A stretch of 64,000 nt of DNA from Leptogorgia sarmentosa (Eukaryota): assembly GCA_964658305.1 (NCBI GenBank), contig OZ210885.1, forward strand, positions 15,748,001 to 15,812,000. The letters run 5' to 3'. Each line of letters begins with the position of its first letter. Position 1 is the first letter of the stretch. The position numbers and the translations under genes were made by a program. Under the pieces are notes generated by a model. The model was not told the DNA's origin, did not search any database, and saw only the letters and a program-made list of their open reading frames with translations. Of this stretch, positions 13,373 through 25,666 are shown piece by piece.

Positions 13373-13776
13373 GTTGAATTTCGTATTTGGCGCCAAATCA
13401 ATACATGCCGTTCACATGGGGCAAATCAAACGCGAATCTTAAGGACAAATTTTATTTTCTTCCAAACGGCAAACGCCAAACCGCAGTTTGCCGTTTGTGG
13501 TATGTAAAAAAAACGTCGATCTTAAGGTGTCTATTATCTGTATCAACCTCGCAAGCCAGGGTCTTTATACCTCCGCGGGGGCTGCGGCAAAGACCCTGGT
13601 TGACACTGGTCACGTGACCCACGAAAAATAATCGCCACATGAGGTCCCAAGGGAGGGTGGTTGAAATGCGATATACTGTAATTAGCAGCTTCCGGTTTGA
13701 TATCTTGTTTCGTAGGAGTGAGCACTTATATTATAATTCAAGACTTTGACTGCGATTTGATTTAATAGCTTCAAAG

Positions 13777-15415
13777 ATGCAAAAGGATTCGAAATGCGTG
13801 CATTTTCTCTTGTGTTTACACTTTTCTATTATCCATAGTTTATATTCTGATGTTATTTTAAAGCCGAAGCAGGTAATTTGTTTGGAAAAGATTTTTTTGG
13901 GCGAAGATATATTGGCTATCCTTCCTACTGGTTATGGCAAGTCGTTAATATACCAACTTTTACCTTTACTTCTATTTCGGAAGAAGATGTTAGAAGAAGA
14001 CCCCACTCGAGGTATTATATCCATTAACGACGTGACTACAGTGTTACTCGTAATATCGCCGTTAAACTCCTTGATAAGCGACCGAATTCGCAAGTTATTG
14101 ATGACAGGACTTAGGGTATCCTCACTAAATGTAACACAGCAGGCCACAACTGATGACAACAAGGGGTTTGATGTTGATAAACACAGCAAGAAGGAAGAAC
14201 TTGCGAGTGGTTATTATAACCTATTATTCGCCCATCCTGAGGCATTCATCTCCTGTAAATTTGGGCGAGAACTTGCTAACAGTCCAAGCTATCAAAAAAA
14301 TGTCTGCGCCATTGTAATTGATGAAGCTCATTGCATTCTTGAATGGTAGGTTTCAAATCAGAATTATAAGTTTGCCTTCTTTTCCAGTAGAAACTCAGAA
14401 TTTTAGTGTTGCTACATGGATTGAAGAAACACCCTTTAATGTAATCTTTAAGAAATAGCTTTATTTGTGGAAATTATTTATACATGCAAATGTCTGCTTC
14501 TTGTGGTTGAGTTCTTCTTTTAGATATCATTAGCTAAAATATTGCATATTTAATATTGTATTAATTTTGTTTAGGGGAGATGATTTCAGACCAGCCTATG
14601 GGAAACTTAGCATGCTGTGTGCAACATTTCCCAATGTACCTGTAATTGCGATGACTGCTACAGCTAATAACATTGACGGAAGGCAAATAAAAGAGTCACT
14701 TGGTTTGGAAAATTGCTTTGAAATGGTTGCTAACCCTGATAGGAGTAATATTTTTTATGAAAAAACATTCAGACATGGTCAAGATATTGATGCTTTTGAG
14801 GATATTTGCAGACCAATCGCTATTGACCTGCTGAATATGAAAATTAACTACCCTCTAACAATTATTTACATGCCTTTGAAATGGTGTGGTTTTGTGTACA
14901 GGCTTTTCGAGAGTATCCTTGACATTCACCAGTATTATCCTGTTGGTGCCATGCCACTTCCAAAGAATAGACTGTTCGCCCAATTTCATGCACCACAAAC
15001 AGCCAAAATGAAGGATGAGATTCTGGAACAATTGAGCATGGAAACACCAAAGGTAAGAGTGGTTTTTGCTACAGTAGCCTTTGGAATGGGAGTGGATATT
15101 CCTTCAATCAGGCACATTATACACATTGGACCCCCAAGAACAATACGTGAGTATTTTCAAGAAACTGGGAGAGCCGGTCGAGATGGGAAATACTCAAAAG
15201 CTACCCTGTATTATAACAACAGGGATATTGGAAAAAATAAACGAGGGATCCAGGATGAAATAAGAACATTTTGTCATAGTGAAAACAAATGCTTACGATG
15301 TTTGCTTTTGGAATGTCTTGACATCAATAAACCAGAGTCATTTTCACCAGGACATTTATGTTGCAGCGTGTGCATGAAGGCTTGTTCATGTATTGAGTGT
15401 AGTTTAATACAGTGA
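13777..15415 (+). CDS. AcademH RecQ-like SF2 DNA helicase (2 exons: 13777-14345, 14575-15415), apparently intact
   Basis: Motifs LPTGYGKS, SPLNSL, DEAH, MTATA, ATVAFGMGVD, QETGRAGRDG and a C-terminal Cys cluster. Splicing the GT..AG intron 14346-14574 gives DEAHCILEWGDDFRPAY. Confidence 0.92.
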
Positions 15416-15423
15416 CAATAAGA

Positions 15424-16172
15424 CAGTGAACTCTATATATTATATCTGGAACGATAACATAGAGCGAAAAGTGAAGCCAACAAAAGTATCACGACAGAAG
15501 TGTTCGTCATTGTCTTCGTCATTGTCTTCGTTATAAATAAACCGACAAAAGATCGCGTCAGCGATGTCAGAAGGCATCCAGCATCGAGACACGGCAAATT
15601 GAAAGAAATTTTTCGTATTTTTTCGACTTTTTCACTCGTTTTGTTGCCAAAAAACGTTCAACGTTGTATGTATTTAGTAACACTATCCTAGAAGTAGGGG
15701 CTGCTATTTTTTAGCGACGTTTGTTGGCAAGACGTTGATTTTTTCGACTTGTTTTAGTAAGCCGTAGTAAGTCACATTATTGTTTACTTGCCAACCTTAT
15801 AATATTTATATACTAATAAATACTGCTATGGTTTACAAAGAAAAACCGTCTGAATCGGTTATCTTTCTTTTTCTGACAGCGAACGCAATGCGATAAATTT
15901 TAGGAGCAAAACAGTTTGTTCCTACAATGTATTGCATTGCGTTGGCGATATTTTTCAAATGTTTTTTTCTTGATTGCGTTCGCATTTATACTGGCCGCGT
16001 AACGGTTTGCAGAGGGGGAATGAAACTGACGTCCAAACCGCGTAAACTTGACGTTTGAGGGACTGAGGCTGACGTCCAAACCGCGTAAAAGACTAGTACC
16101 GAGGCTTCACGTTTTTCGCATTGAATGACTGAATGTTATCGTTCCAGATATATATATATATAGAGTTCACTG
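15424..16172. mobile_element. MITE with 8-bp TSD (P- or hAT-like)
   Basis: TIRs CAGTGAACTCTATATA..TATATCTGGAACGATAACAT and its reverse complement. TSD CAATAAGA at 15416-15423 and 16173-16180. Confidence 0.9.
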
Positions 16173-17335
16173 CAATAAGAACAGTCTTCAAGACTAGCTG
16201 TTCAGCTTGCAAAACGTACATGTTATTGGGTCGATGAAACACTGTCTGTTTCCTGGCAGTTTCAGCAATTAGTGCTGAATGTCAATAGTAAATTTTACAT
16301 GTATATATCATTTTTGTTACTTTGTAGTGATATTTTTTATTGTTTGGTACCATTCAGTATCACAACTATTCATCACAACTCTATAATACAGACATACAGT
16401 ATGTTCCTTACCCAGTGTAATTATATGTATTAAATTGTAGCCTCTGTATAAAATTAGTGTTTACCAAATGTATCCCTCAGTATTATAGTGCATCCCTGGT
16501 ATAAAACTATAGTGTTTATCCAATGTGTTGCTATGTAAAGTATTACAGTGCATCCCTGGTATGAAATTAAAGTGTGCACCCAATGTATCCCTTGTGTAAA
16601 CTCGTTCACAGTAAACAGGCTTCGAGAAACCAGCCCCTGGTAATGTGGATCAGAGTTCATCTTCATCTTCTGACAATACATCCACTGGTCCATGCTTTAC
16701 AATGTTCCTCTTGTGTCTGTCTAACCATTCATTAAATGCAGCTTCGTTTAAGGTTGCTAGTGTGTCAGATGATACATCTGTGAAACCTTCATGACATCGG
16801 TCATTAATATTTTCAAATGGTTTTAGCTCCAGAAGATCAAACAATATTAATTTTTCATCCTTTGCTGATGATTTGTGCTTATGGGAGGAATCCTTTTTCT
16901 TAATAGCCACAGTTCATCAAAGTTTCTGATGATTTCTGCAATTCCTCCAGCCGCTCTGCTAAACCGTTCAATTGATCTCGGTGTTTTATTAGCCCCCATA
17001 TCTTTGATGCCTTTCTTCAGCTCCCTATTCAAGTTCTCTTGAAGGAGATCGATTTTAATATTCTTTAAGGCACCACCCTTCCAGTTGGCAATGGAAGCCC
17101 ACCTAGTTTGATGAGCCTGTCTCTTCGTTAAAAAGACTTCATCTTGCAAAATGCTGATGAGCATTTCAATGGCGTAAGTGTTGTGGCTAGGGTCACTTTT
17201 GAAATGCTTGAGTAACACCTTACGTAGAGCTGCTAGCTGGTCACCATTACCTGACTTCACTGCCTGTCTAACACATTCTAACATAAAGAAAAATCTTAGA
17301 AGGCACAGTGAATATTCCCTTACTTGATCTGGATG

Positions 17336-17565
17336 TGTTAGCCTCGCGGCTACAGGTCCTTGTAATTAATATATATCGCGTTGTGCTCGAGAATCTTTAT
17401 TAATAGGAACTTTACAATCCAATGTAGTGATTATACACTTTTCACCTTTTGGTATCTGACTTCAGACTACAAAAGCATGCATATGATATCTGATATCTCG
17501 ACTTGTCATTTCTTTGTCAATTGTCACCCTAACTATAATTATAACCTAACATTTACAGCTTAACA
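17336..17565 (-). repeat. Gypsy 3' LTR, preceded on the minus strand by polypurine tract AAGAGGGGGAATA (17566-17578)
   Basis: Direct repeat of 24389-24618 with one visible mismatch (GATATCTCG vs GATATCCCG). Confidence 0.97.
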
Positions 17566-17847
17566 TATTCCCCCTCTTAAAATAAGTGTCGTCCCGTGAC
17601 ACTTGGGGTTCTTCAATATGCTTCTATATCCTATCGTTACGTACCATGTGGTACTTTGTTAGTCCAGAAACATGCGTTTCTCGTGAACCTATCACAGCAC
17701 TACAAAACTCTTTACAGGATCCTCTTTCTACTTGGTGACCAAAATAATACGCTGCAGCTTGTATCACCATGGCATAAACGTCTACTTATCTCGCCTGATA
17801 GCTTCTGGATACTGTGCATCCTAAATACTATTGTAAAGTTCGGAGCG

Positions 17848-17879
<32 letters not shown>

Positions 17880-17923
17880 AAAAAAGTAGTAAATGTTAAT
17901 AATTGAAAAATGTTAATAAGTTT

Positions 17924-20900
17924 CTAATAATTGAAATGCCAGCTTGCTTGATACGGCATCGCCAGCTGTCCATACACGAGTTGGTAAGGGTTGACTGATG
18001 GAAAGGGTGTATTGTGGTGGGGGAATGGGTATGGGTTCACGAAAGGGGGCCAATGCCTGGGAGCTGGTTGGGCAGAGGGAAAGGGTGTATTCTCTGGAAA
18101 CATCAAAGGTGGTGGCCACGTAAACGGAGGTGGTGGGGTTGTTGCTGTCATGTAGAATAGATTTGCTGGGTCAGCTTGGCCAGGTCCATAATATGTCAAG
18201 CGGTCAGGTGGGTGCCTCGATCTTCTTGCTCTTGGTTGTTCAATCTCCTCGGTGTGGACCGCGTTCTCCGCCTCGTCTGCGTTGTCACTTTGGTTCTCGA
18301 CTCCGTTCCCGTTTTCTACTGCGTTCTCGTTCTGCACTGCGTTCTCGTTCTGCACTGCGTTCTCGTTATCGGCTGCGTTCTCGTTCTCGACTGCGTTCTC
18401 GTTTTCAACTACGTTTTCTACTGCGTTCTCGTTCTCGACTGCGTTCTCGTTATCGACTGCGTTCTCGTTTTCAACTACGTTCTCGTTCTCTACTGCGTTC
18501 TCGACCGAACCGTCAGGGTGTGTATTTCTGGGATGGACGTTCACTATGACTTCCTGCGGGTCTTCGTCATCACTAGACAACTCACTACTGTTTATATTCG
18601 GATCAACGTGTTCTGCTTGTCGTCTTTTACTAGGTCGTGGGGGTGGAGCTCCATCGGTTGTTTGACTGTCCATTGGCAAGAAATCACACGGAAGGAGGAG
18701 GTTTCTATGCAACGTCCGCCTTTTCTTCGGAGTACCTTCAGGTTTGACCTCGTACACTGGACTTTCCGCACTCTTTCTTCGCACCACAACGTGGATGTCT
18801 TTTTCCCAGTAAGATCTCAGCTTTCCAGGGCCGCCACGTTCACTCAAGTTCCGTACCAATACTCTGTCACCCGGCTGTAGTACTGAACTCCGTACCCAAC
18901 GATCGTAGTATTTCTTCGCTTTATCACCTTTCCCTTTGCCTTTCGTCCAGCCAACTGATATGCCTCGTGCATGGCGTCTTTCCACTCGGACACGTACTGA
19001 GGGTAGGTCCTGCTGGTGGTTGCTAGGTTGGGGTCGAGCAGGAGGTCGATTGGTAGTCGGGGTGGTCGCCCGAAGAGGAGAAAGAATGGTGAATACCCGG
19101 TGGTGTCGTTCCGTGTACAATTGTACGCATGTGCAACCTTGTTAACATGGTCTTTCCAGTGTGACTTTTGATTTTCAGGGAGTGTTCTAAGCATGTCTAA
19201 CAGCGTCCTATTAAATCTTTCCACTTGACCGTTACCCTGCGGGTGGTAAGGGGTCGTCCGGGAATGCTTTACGCCACAAAGTTGTTCCAGCCTACCGAGG
19301 AGTTGATTCTCGAATTCCCCCCCTTGGTCGTGATGGAATTTGGCGGGGAACCCAAACCGTAACACGAAATCGTTGTAAAGTTTCTCGGCAACGGTTTTTC
19401 CAGCTTTGTTTCGAGTCGGGTAAGCTTGCGCGTATCGTGTAAAATGATCAACGATCACTAAGATGTACTCAAACCCACCACTCGACCTCTCCAGATGAAC
19501 AAAATCGATTGAGACCAACTCGAATGGCGAAGTAGTTATAATCGGTTGCAGTGGAGCCCGTATTTTCAGCCGTGGAGGTTTTTGTTTCACACAGCGGCAA
19601 ACGTTCCTTACGTAATGTTCAATGTCCCGTTGCATACGAGGCCAGTAGAACCGATCTCTGGCTAGATTCAAAACACGATCAGAACCAAGATGACCCATGT
19701 TGTTGTGGAGTTCCCTCAGTACCATTGCGTGATACTTTCTGGGTAGGACTATTTGCTCATGTGTTCCTTTCTTTCGCCTTAACACTCCGTCTGAAGCAAT
19801 TGACAGTCTCTGCCATTCGTGTAGAAGCGATTGTGTGTCGGTTGATTCACGGGCTCGCTCACTCGTCGTAGGTCGCTTGTCTGCTTTGATAAACGAGTAC
19901 ACTTTACCAATAATGCTATCTTCGATTTGAGCTTGTCTTACGTCCTCAACGTCCAATGTTGATCTGTTGATCTTTGGGGTTCTCGACGCGTCAGCATTTA
20001 GGACAGTTGGATCGTTGATCAGCGAGGACACCCAGTTCACCTTTCCCTGCTCTTGGAGATTCACTGTTTGGATTATTGTCCGTAACTCGTCTTGTGTCGT
20101 TTCTTCAGTACATAGTTTCATGTATTTGTCCATATCTTTTGGCACTCGCGATAATGTGTCGGCATCAGCGTTTGCTTTCCCCGGTCGATAACGAATGGTG
20201 AAGTTGAAATCTGCTAACTCTCCTACCCACCTAAGTCCTGTTGCGTTTAATTTGGCCGTAGACAAGACATATGTCAATGGGTTGTTATCGGTGAACACAA
20301 CAAAACTTGGCGCATAGTAAAGATAGTCTCTGAACTGTTCGCAAATTGCCCACTTTAGTGCGAGAAATTCTAACTTGCCGGAATGAAGATGGTAGTTTTT
20401 CTCAGCTGTCGTCAACGTGCGGGAGCCGTAAGCGATGACACGTAGAACCTTATTCTGTTGTTGGTACAGTACAGCGCCCAAACCGCTTTCGGATGCGTCG
20501 GTGTGCAACACGAAGGGATTATTGGGTTCAGGGTAGGCCATTACTGGAACGCTCACAAGACATTGAATGAGCCTCTCCAAGGCCGATTGATGGGTGTCAG
20601 TCCAAGAGATTTGTTGATTTGGAGGTGGCTGATTCCGATATTTCCGCTTGGGGTTAACATCACTTTTATCGTGGTCGACTAGCTTGACAAGGTCGTAAAT
20701 TGGTTTGGCGATTCTTGAAAAGTTCTCAATATACCGACGGTAGTAGTTTAGGAACCCCATTAGTTTACGGACTTCGTTTACGGTCTTTGGTGGTGTTTCT
20801 TTCATGCGAAGAATTGGAGCAACCGTAGATGGGTCCAATTTGTATCCTTCCTCTGACACGATTCTCCCGAGAAACAAAACCTCGCGTTTAAACATGGTAC

Positions 20901-22760
20901 ATTTCTTCGGTTTTAGCTTGACACCATGTGCCTTAAGGCGTTGAAGAACTTTCCGGAGATGTGCAATGTGTTCGTCAAATGATTTTCTGAACACGATGAT
21001 ATCATCAAGGTATGGTACACATATGTCATCTCGTAGATCCCCTAAACATGTTTCCATGAAACGCTGGAAGGAGGCTGGTGCATTACATAGCCCAAATGGG
21101 ATCCGAATCCACTCATACAGTCCCCATGGCGTGATAAAGGCAGTAAGAGGTTGGCTTTCGACTTTAAGAAACCCTTGATGGTAGGCTTTACCCTGATCAA
21201 GTACTGAAAACCACGAGCTCCCACCGAGGTTGTCTAGGGTTTCCTGGATCCTCGGTATTGGGTGACGATCTACTTGGCTCTTCTTGTTTAACTCACGGTA
21301 ATCGACACATAGGCGTAGGCTCTGATCCTTCTTCCGTACACAAACCACAGGCGAGCTATAAGATGAAGTCGATCTGCGAATAAAGTTTTGTTGAACAAGT
21401 CTTCGATATATGCTTTCACCTCTGGATATAGTGGTCGGGGCACAGCGACATAGTTCTTCTGAACGGGTGTGCTTTCGTGGAGTTTGATATCCATTTGAAG
21501 CTCTGTGATGCACCCGACATCATCGTCATCTATGGCAAACGCATCAGCCTCTTCGGTAAGCAGCTGCGTCGCAGCTTTTCTTTCTTCACTGTTCAAATCT
21601 CCCAAATCCACGTCGTCCAAATGTTTTGGCCAGTTCGCTGTTTGGTGGTCATCATCGTCGTTAGGGATCTTGGCTTCTTCATTTAATTTGGAAGGCGCCT
21701 TTTCATCGTTATCTGTCTTTAGTATCACCTCGAACGGGGTGACTGATTGAATAAGTTGTAGCCGCCCTAGCACCGTTCTGTTCCGTAATACTATGTCATG
21801 CTTGGTCGTATTCTTCACTTCTACTTCCACTCGACTAGATTTCCTGGCCATAGCTGTCAATAATGTGTCCGAAACGTGAAGACCAGACGGCCACTGACCG
21901 TTCTCATCAGCTTCGAACAGCACTGGTGTCGGCTTGTCTAGGGGGCCAGTATTCACTCTGCAGCTCACTTTAAGAGATTTTCCCCGAGGTATGACCACGT
22001 CTTTTTTGCAGGTTTTTACAAGGCATAATTCATCGTGGTTTACTCCGTTCACGAAATCAACAAGAGCTGTCGCATCACAAGCGTTTACGCCAACTAGAGC
22101 GGCTGCCATCTCGTTACCTTGTAGATTATTAACTTTGATCAAGTGTTCTATTGCATTGAAGCCAATCAATGGAAGTTCCATTTCTTCACTTGCTACTAGA
22201 AACGGGACAGAAAGTCCCTGCTCAGAATCGCCAATTTGGAGATCCAGTTCAACCCATCCTTTGTACGGTATGTTACTACCATTGGCTGCGGTCACGGTAA
22301 GGTTGCCATCCAGTAATTCACTAATATCTCTGACCAAAACGTTAGGAAAGTTCCTCTTTATGAAGCTGGTCGAAACGATAGGGACTTGGGCTCCGGTGTC
22401 CCACAGAATCTCTGCACTTTTCCCGTTAAGCTTTGCTCTGATTGAACATCTCCTGCCTACCAGGCTAACTACCTTTTTGTGTTGTTTTGGTGTCAAATGG
22501 CTGACGAAAATACCCGAATTCGCGTCTTCTGTCGTCTGTTTCCTATTTTGGATTTGCTGCTTAATTGCGTTGCACAATGTTCTATGCTGTGGCCAATGAT
22601 TTCGTTGACACTTCGTACCACAGTAGTTTACCAGCTTACAACATTGACAACGCCAAAAAGTCCGTTCCAAAGCTTGATTGCAGCCGTTGCACTGATGGGA
22701 CACTTTCTTTTTGTCGGCTAATCCCTGTCCCACGCTTGGGGTAGCCGTCTCCCGTTTCCC
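17924..22760 (-). pseudogene. pol: Gypsy pol: MYND zinc finger, aspartic protease, RT, RNase H, integrase and acidic repeat tail; frameshifts near 21390 and 18940
   Basis: ORF 21288..22733 (MYND Cys/His pattern, LWDTGA); ORF 18844..21513 ([25 protein letters not shown] finger, DF/DQG/VERFN); ORF 17924..19120 (GPGKL GPY/F-like module, ENENAV repeats). Confidence 0.93.
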
Positions 22761-24090
22761 TGATTCTGTCGAGGTATATTCTTCTCACACTCTGAAGCTA
22801 TGTGTCCCAACTCCCCACATGCAAAACAGTGTCTGCATGTGGCTCTAAGTTTGCGTTTTTTGCAAGCTTGACATCCTCGTCCACGGAACTGCATGATTTT
22901 CGGTGGTCCCCGATCGTTGTACGACTCGTTTCGATTGTCATTCGGTACATAATCGCTTCGAGTGGCTTGCTGTCGTTTCAGATTTTCCACTTCCGTCCTC
23001 ATTTCCCGAATCTCTGCCAGAATTTGTTGGTTGCTGTTAATCGATTTCTTCGAGTCATCAACGTCACATGAGTTAATTTTGGCAAGCCTTCTTTCCGAGG
23101 CAAGCTTGTTTTGTCTTTCCGCTTGGTGGGATGCCAACTCGTTGACGTGTCTCATTAAGTCTTCATCTGTCAACGGGGATACTCGAAGAATGGGTCGCAA
23201 GTTCGCTGCGAGAATATCGTCCCGAAGACCCGTCTCAAAGGATTTCATAAAAGTATTTTGGATTAGGGGTTCATCGTAGTGGACTTCGCAGTCTGATTCC
23301 TTGCTTGCGAACCCTACTTTGTTACGTAAGTCGAGTGCGCGAAGAAGGAACTGCTGTGCTGTCTCTTTTGGGTGTTGAAAGATCGTAGCCAGCTGTTGGT
23401 ACAGTTCAGATGCAGATTTCTCTCCATAATGCACTCGAAGGATCTTTCTTAGTTTGGGGAGGGACAAATCATTCAGTGTTTCGACGTAACTACATAAGCT
23501 GCTATGCAAGGAAATAGCGCGAATCACAGCATCGACAATTTCGCATTCTTTATACTGGCGCTTTAACCCGGAATCGATTTGATGAGTGAGTGACACGAAT
23601 GTTAATTTGTCCGTTTGACCTGGCTCACCAATTTGTCCTGAAATCTTAAATTCGCGACGCAAAAATGACTCTCTGGCAGAAAATTTTGTTTCATTAGGGA
23701 TTTCTAATTTATCTGCGTCATGCTTTGTCTCGTGCACTGTTTTTGTCGCGAGTTTTGACAACATCTTGTCCATTTCCGCTTGTTGTTTTAGTTTTAATTC
23801 CTCAATTTGCTCCTTTAATTCGCTTAGCGCATCATCGGGTACGTTTTCCTGCGATTCAGGTTTGTTAGGTTTCAAAGACTCAATAGCGTTCTGAACCCAC
23901 TCAACTTTCTGTGCCACTTCCCCCTCTGCATTTAGCCTTTGTTCGATCGACTTGCCGCTATTTTGCTTTTACCCGCAAGTTCGACGTCCACTTTTATCGA
24001 AACCGCGAATTCGTTTAATTCACTCTGGTTCTTAGTGTATAATAGGGACTCTAGCTCAAACTGTAACTCTTCAAGATCCTCCGTAGTCAT
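22718..24090 (-). CDS. gag: Gypsy gag with C-terminal CCHC knuckle; apparent frameshift near 23940
   Basis: ORF 22718..23917 (FKISGQIG...; CFACGELGHIASEC). Upstream ATG at 24090 (MTTEDLEEL) lies in another frame. Confidence 0.85.
22754..22760 (-). promoter_or_regulatory. Programmed -1 ribosomal frameshift slippery site G GGA AAC (gag-pol)
   Basis: Minus strand reads CAG GGA AAC in the gag frame. A -1 slip gives RETATPSVGQGLADKKK, exactly the frame of ORF 21288..22733. Confidence 0.75.
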
Positions 24091-24369
24091 GCTGTTTATT
24101 AATACAAGCGCCTGCGCGCGTTTTGTCGTTTCAACAATTTTTGCGCGATTTCATACACAGTTTAATCGTACAAACTATAGATATTAGCATCAAAACACTG
24201 TTCGATTGTCTATAATAGCAATGTTCTCGTCCTAACTATGACGCGAATTCCAGACTGTTTAACTTCTCCTACCAACATATTTTCTGTTACACAACAAATT
24301 GAAACGATCTCACCTCGAATATGTTGCGCGGTCTTGACTCATCTCGATTCTCGACGGTAAAAAGCCTTA

Positions 24370-24386
24370 TCCTGGCGGGGTCGCCA
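24370..24386 (-). promoter_or_regulatory. Primer-binding site TGGCGACCCCGCCAGGA (probably tRNA-Arg)
   Basis: Starts with TGG 2 nt downstream of the 5' LTR. Its complement TCCTGGCGGGGTCGCCA resembles a tRNA-Arg 3' end; tRNA identity is an inference. Confidence 0.75.
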
Positions 24387-24388
24387 AA

Positions 24389-24618
24389 TGTTAGCCTCGC
24401 GGCTACAGGTCCTTGTAATTAATATATATCGCGTTGTGCTCGAGAATCTTTATTAATAGGAACTTTACAATCCAATGTAGTGATTATACACTTTTCACCT
24501 TTTGGTATCTGACTTCAGACTACAAAAGCATGCATATGATATCTGATATCCCGACTTGTCATTTCTTTGTCAATTGTCACCCTAACTATAATTATAACCT
24601 AACATTTACAGCTTAACA
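24389..24618 (-). repeat. Gypsy 5' LTR
   Basis: 230-bp direct repeat of 17336-17565. Confidence 0.97.
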
Positions 24619-25135
24619 GATGGTCATCTGATACTTCATTAAGATCAGGATCAACTTGTCTCTTGACCAGTAAATACTCATCCACAAACTTATCAAGGAC
24701 TGTGTCAAGGTATTCCGGCTTATCTCCATTGGTGACATCAAATGGACAGAGATGGTTTTGTGGAGGATCATCAATGCTATCCATGCCAAAAAAGTGTAAC
24801 AAGGCTGCAACAGTGTAAGCTCTACCTACGCTGAGAAACAACTGTTCACAATCCTCATAATGCTTGATGTCCTTAGTGACATTCCGACGTTGTAATTTCT
24901 CACGGAAGAATCTCAATGAACCTTTTGCTCGCCCTGATTTGCCATACAGTTTCTTAAATATGAGCTGGAATGATAAAAGTATATAACAATTTTGAAATGG
25001 TTTAATATCAACATGCAACAAAAAGTCAGCACTGTATTCTCTCTATTTAGCACCCCCCCCCCCCTCCCCCCACCCCCCCTTTTAAGGTGAAGAAATTTAT
25101 TAAGCCCCCCACTTGAACATTTTAAAACTTATGTA

Positions 25136-25330
25136 CAGGGTGTCCCAAAAAAAGTACCCTCTATTGAATTTTGTTTTGAACCTGCATTGTGACACCTTTG
25201 GGAATTGAATTGGCTTGTACATGAATGAGTAGGAATGATGGAATAATTATAACTTTCCAACCGGCCAGGAATTTTTCAGGAATTTGTCACTGGACCAACT
25301 CAGCTATACAAGGCCCCTGAAAGTGGGCTG
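25136..25330. mobile_element. Truncated Tc1/mariner-like MITE end
   Basis: TA followed by CAGGGTGTCCCAAAAAAAGTACC is a typical Tc1/mariner terminus. No partner TIR found. Confidence 0.4.
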
Positions 25331-25666
25331 CAGGAGAATGTGCATTTTGTAGTGGCTAATATTGATTCTACTACGTCATCAGTACGTCACTACGGAGTTA
25401 CATGTATAAGCGGTTATATGAGAAGCATGCGCATGCGTGCCTGTCAGTGTATGTTGTGCGTGCTGGCTGTCACGATCAAGGAAAACATTGTCTAGACGAA
25501 TTTTGGATTTCAATATATTAAGGTATGCAGAACTAGGCTTATACCACCAGACCGGGACTCCGGGAGTATAATAGACTAACACAGTCCTCTTCCTTTAGCT
25601 TTGTTTTTCTCAGGGTACTCGCAAAACAAGAAGCTACAGCAAAGTCAGTAATAGCAAGACTGCAAG

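Larger units (their letters stand above)
9762..13532. mobile_element. Two-gene PIF/Harbinger-superfamily (PHIS; Pangu-like) DNA transposon, 3771 bp
   Basis: TIRs AGACACCTTAAGATAGACGTTT (9762) and AAACGTCGATCTTAAGGTGTCT (ending 13532). 3-bp TSD ATT at 9759-9761 and 13533-13535. Convergent DDE transposase and Myb/SANT-like genes. Confidence 0.9.
17336..24618 (-). mobile_element. Full-length Ty3/Gypsy LTR retrotransposon (7283 bp)
   Basis: 230-bp TG..CA LTRs; 4-bp TSD GATG at 17332-17335 and 24619-24622; PBS and PPT present; domain order gag-PR-RT-RH-IN. Confidence 0.97.

Noticed and set aside
9761..13533. TTAA-target (piggyBac/Kolobok) insertion into a 20-bp palindrome
   Set aside because: The apparent palindromic flanks are the outer part of the TIR. 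The true TSD is ATT and the transposase is Harbinger-type.
13777..15415. Host RecQ/WRN/BLM gene
   Set aside because: It lies inside AcademH TIRs and TSD, and lacks HRDC/winged-helix extensions.
18130..18880. Plus-strand RS-rich, CVLVL and FSTA repeat ORFs
   Set aside because: Antisense shadows of the 18-bp ENENAV repeat in Gypsy pol.
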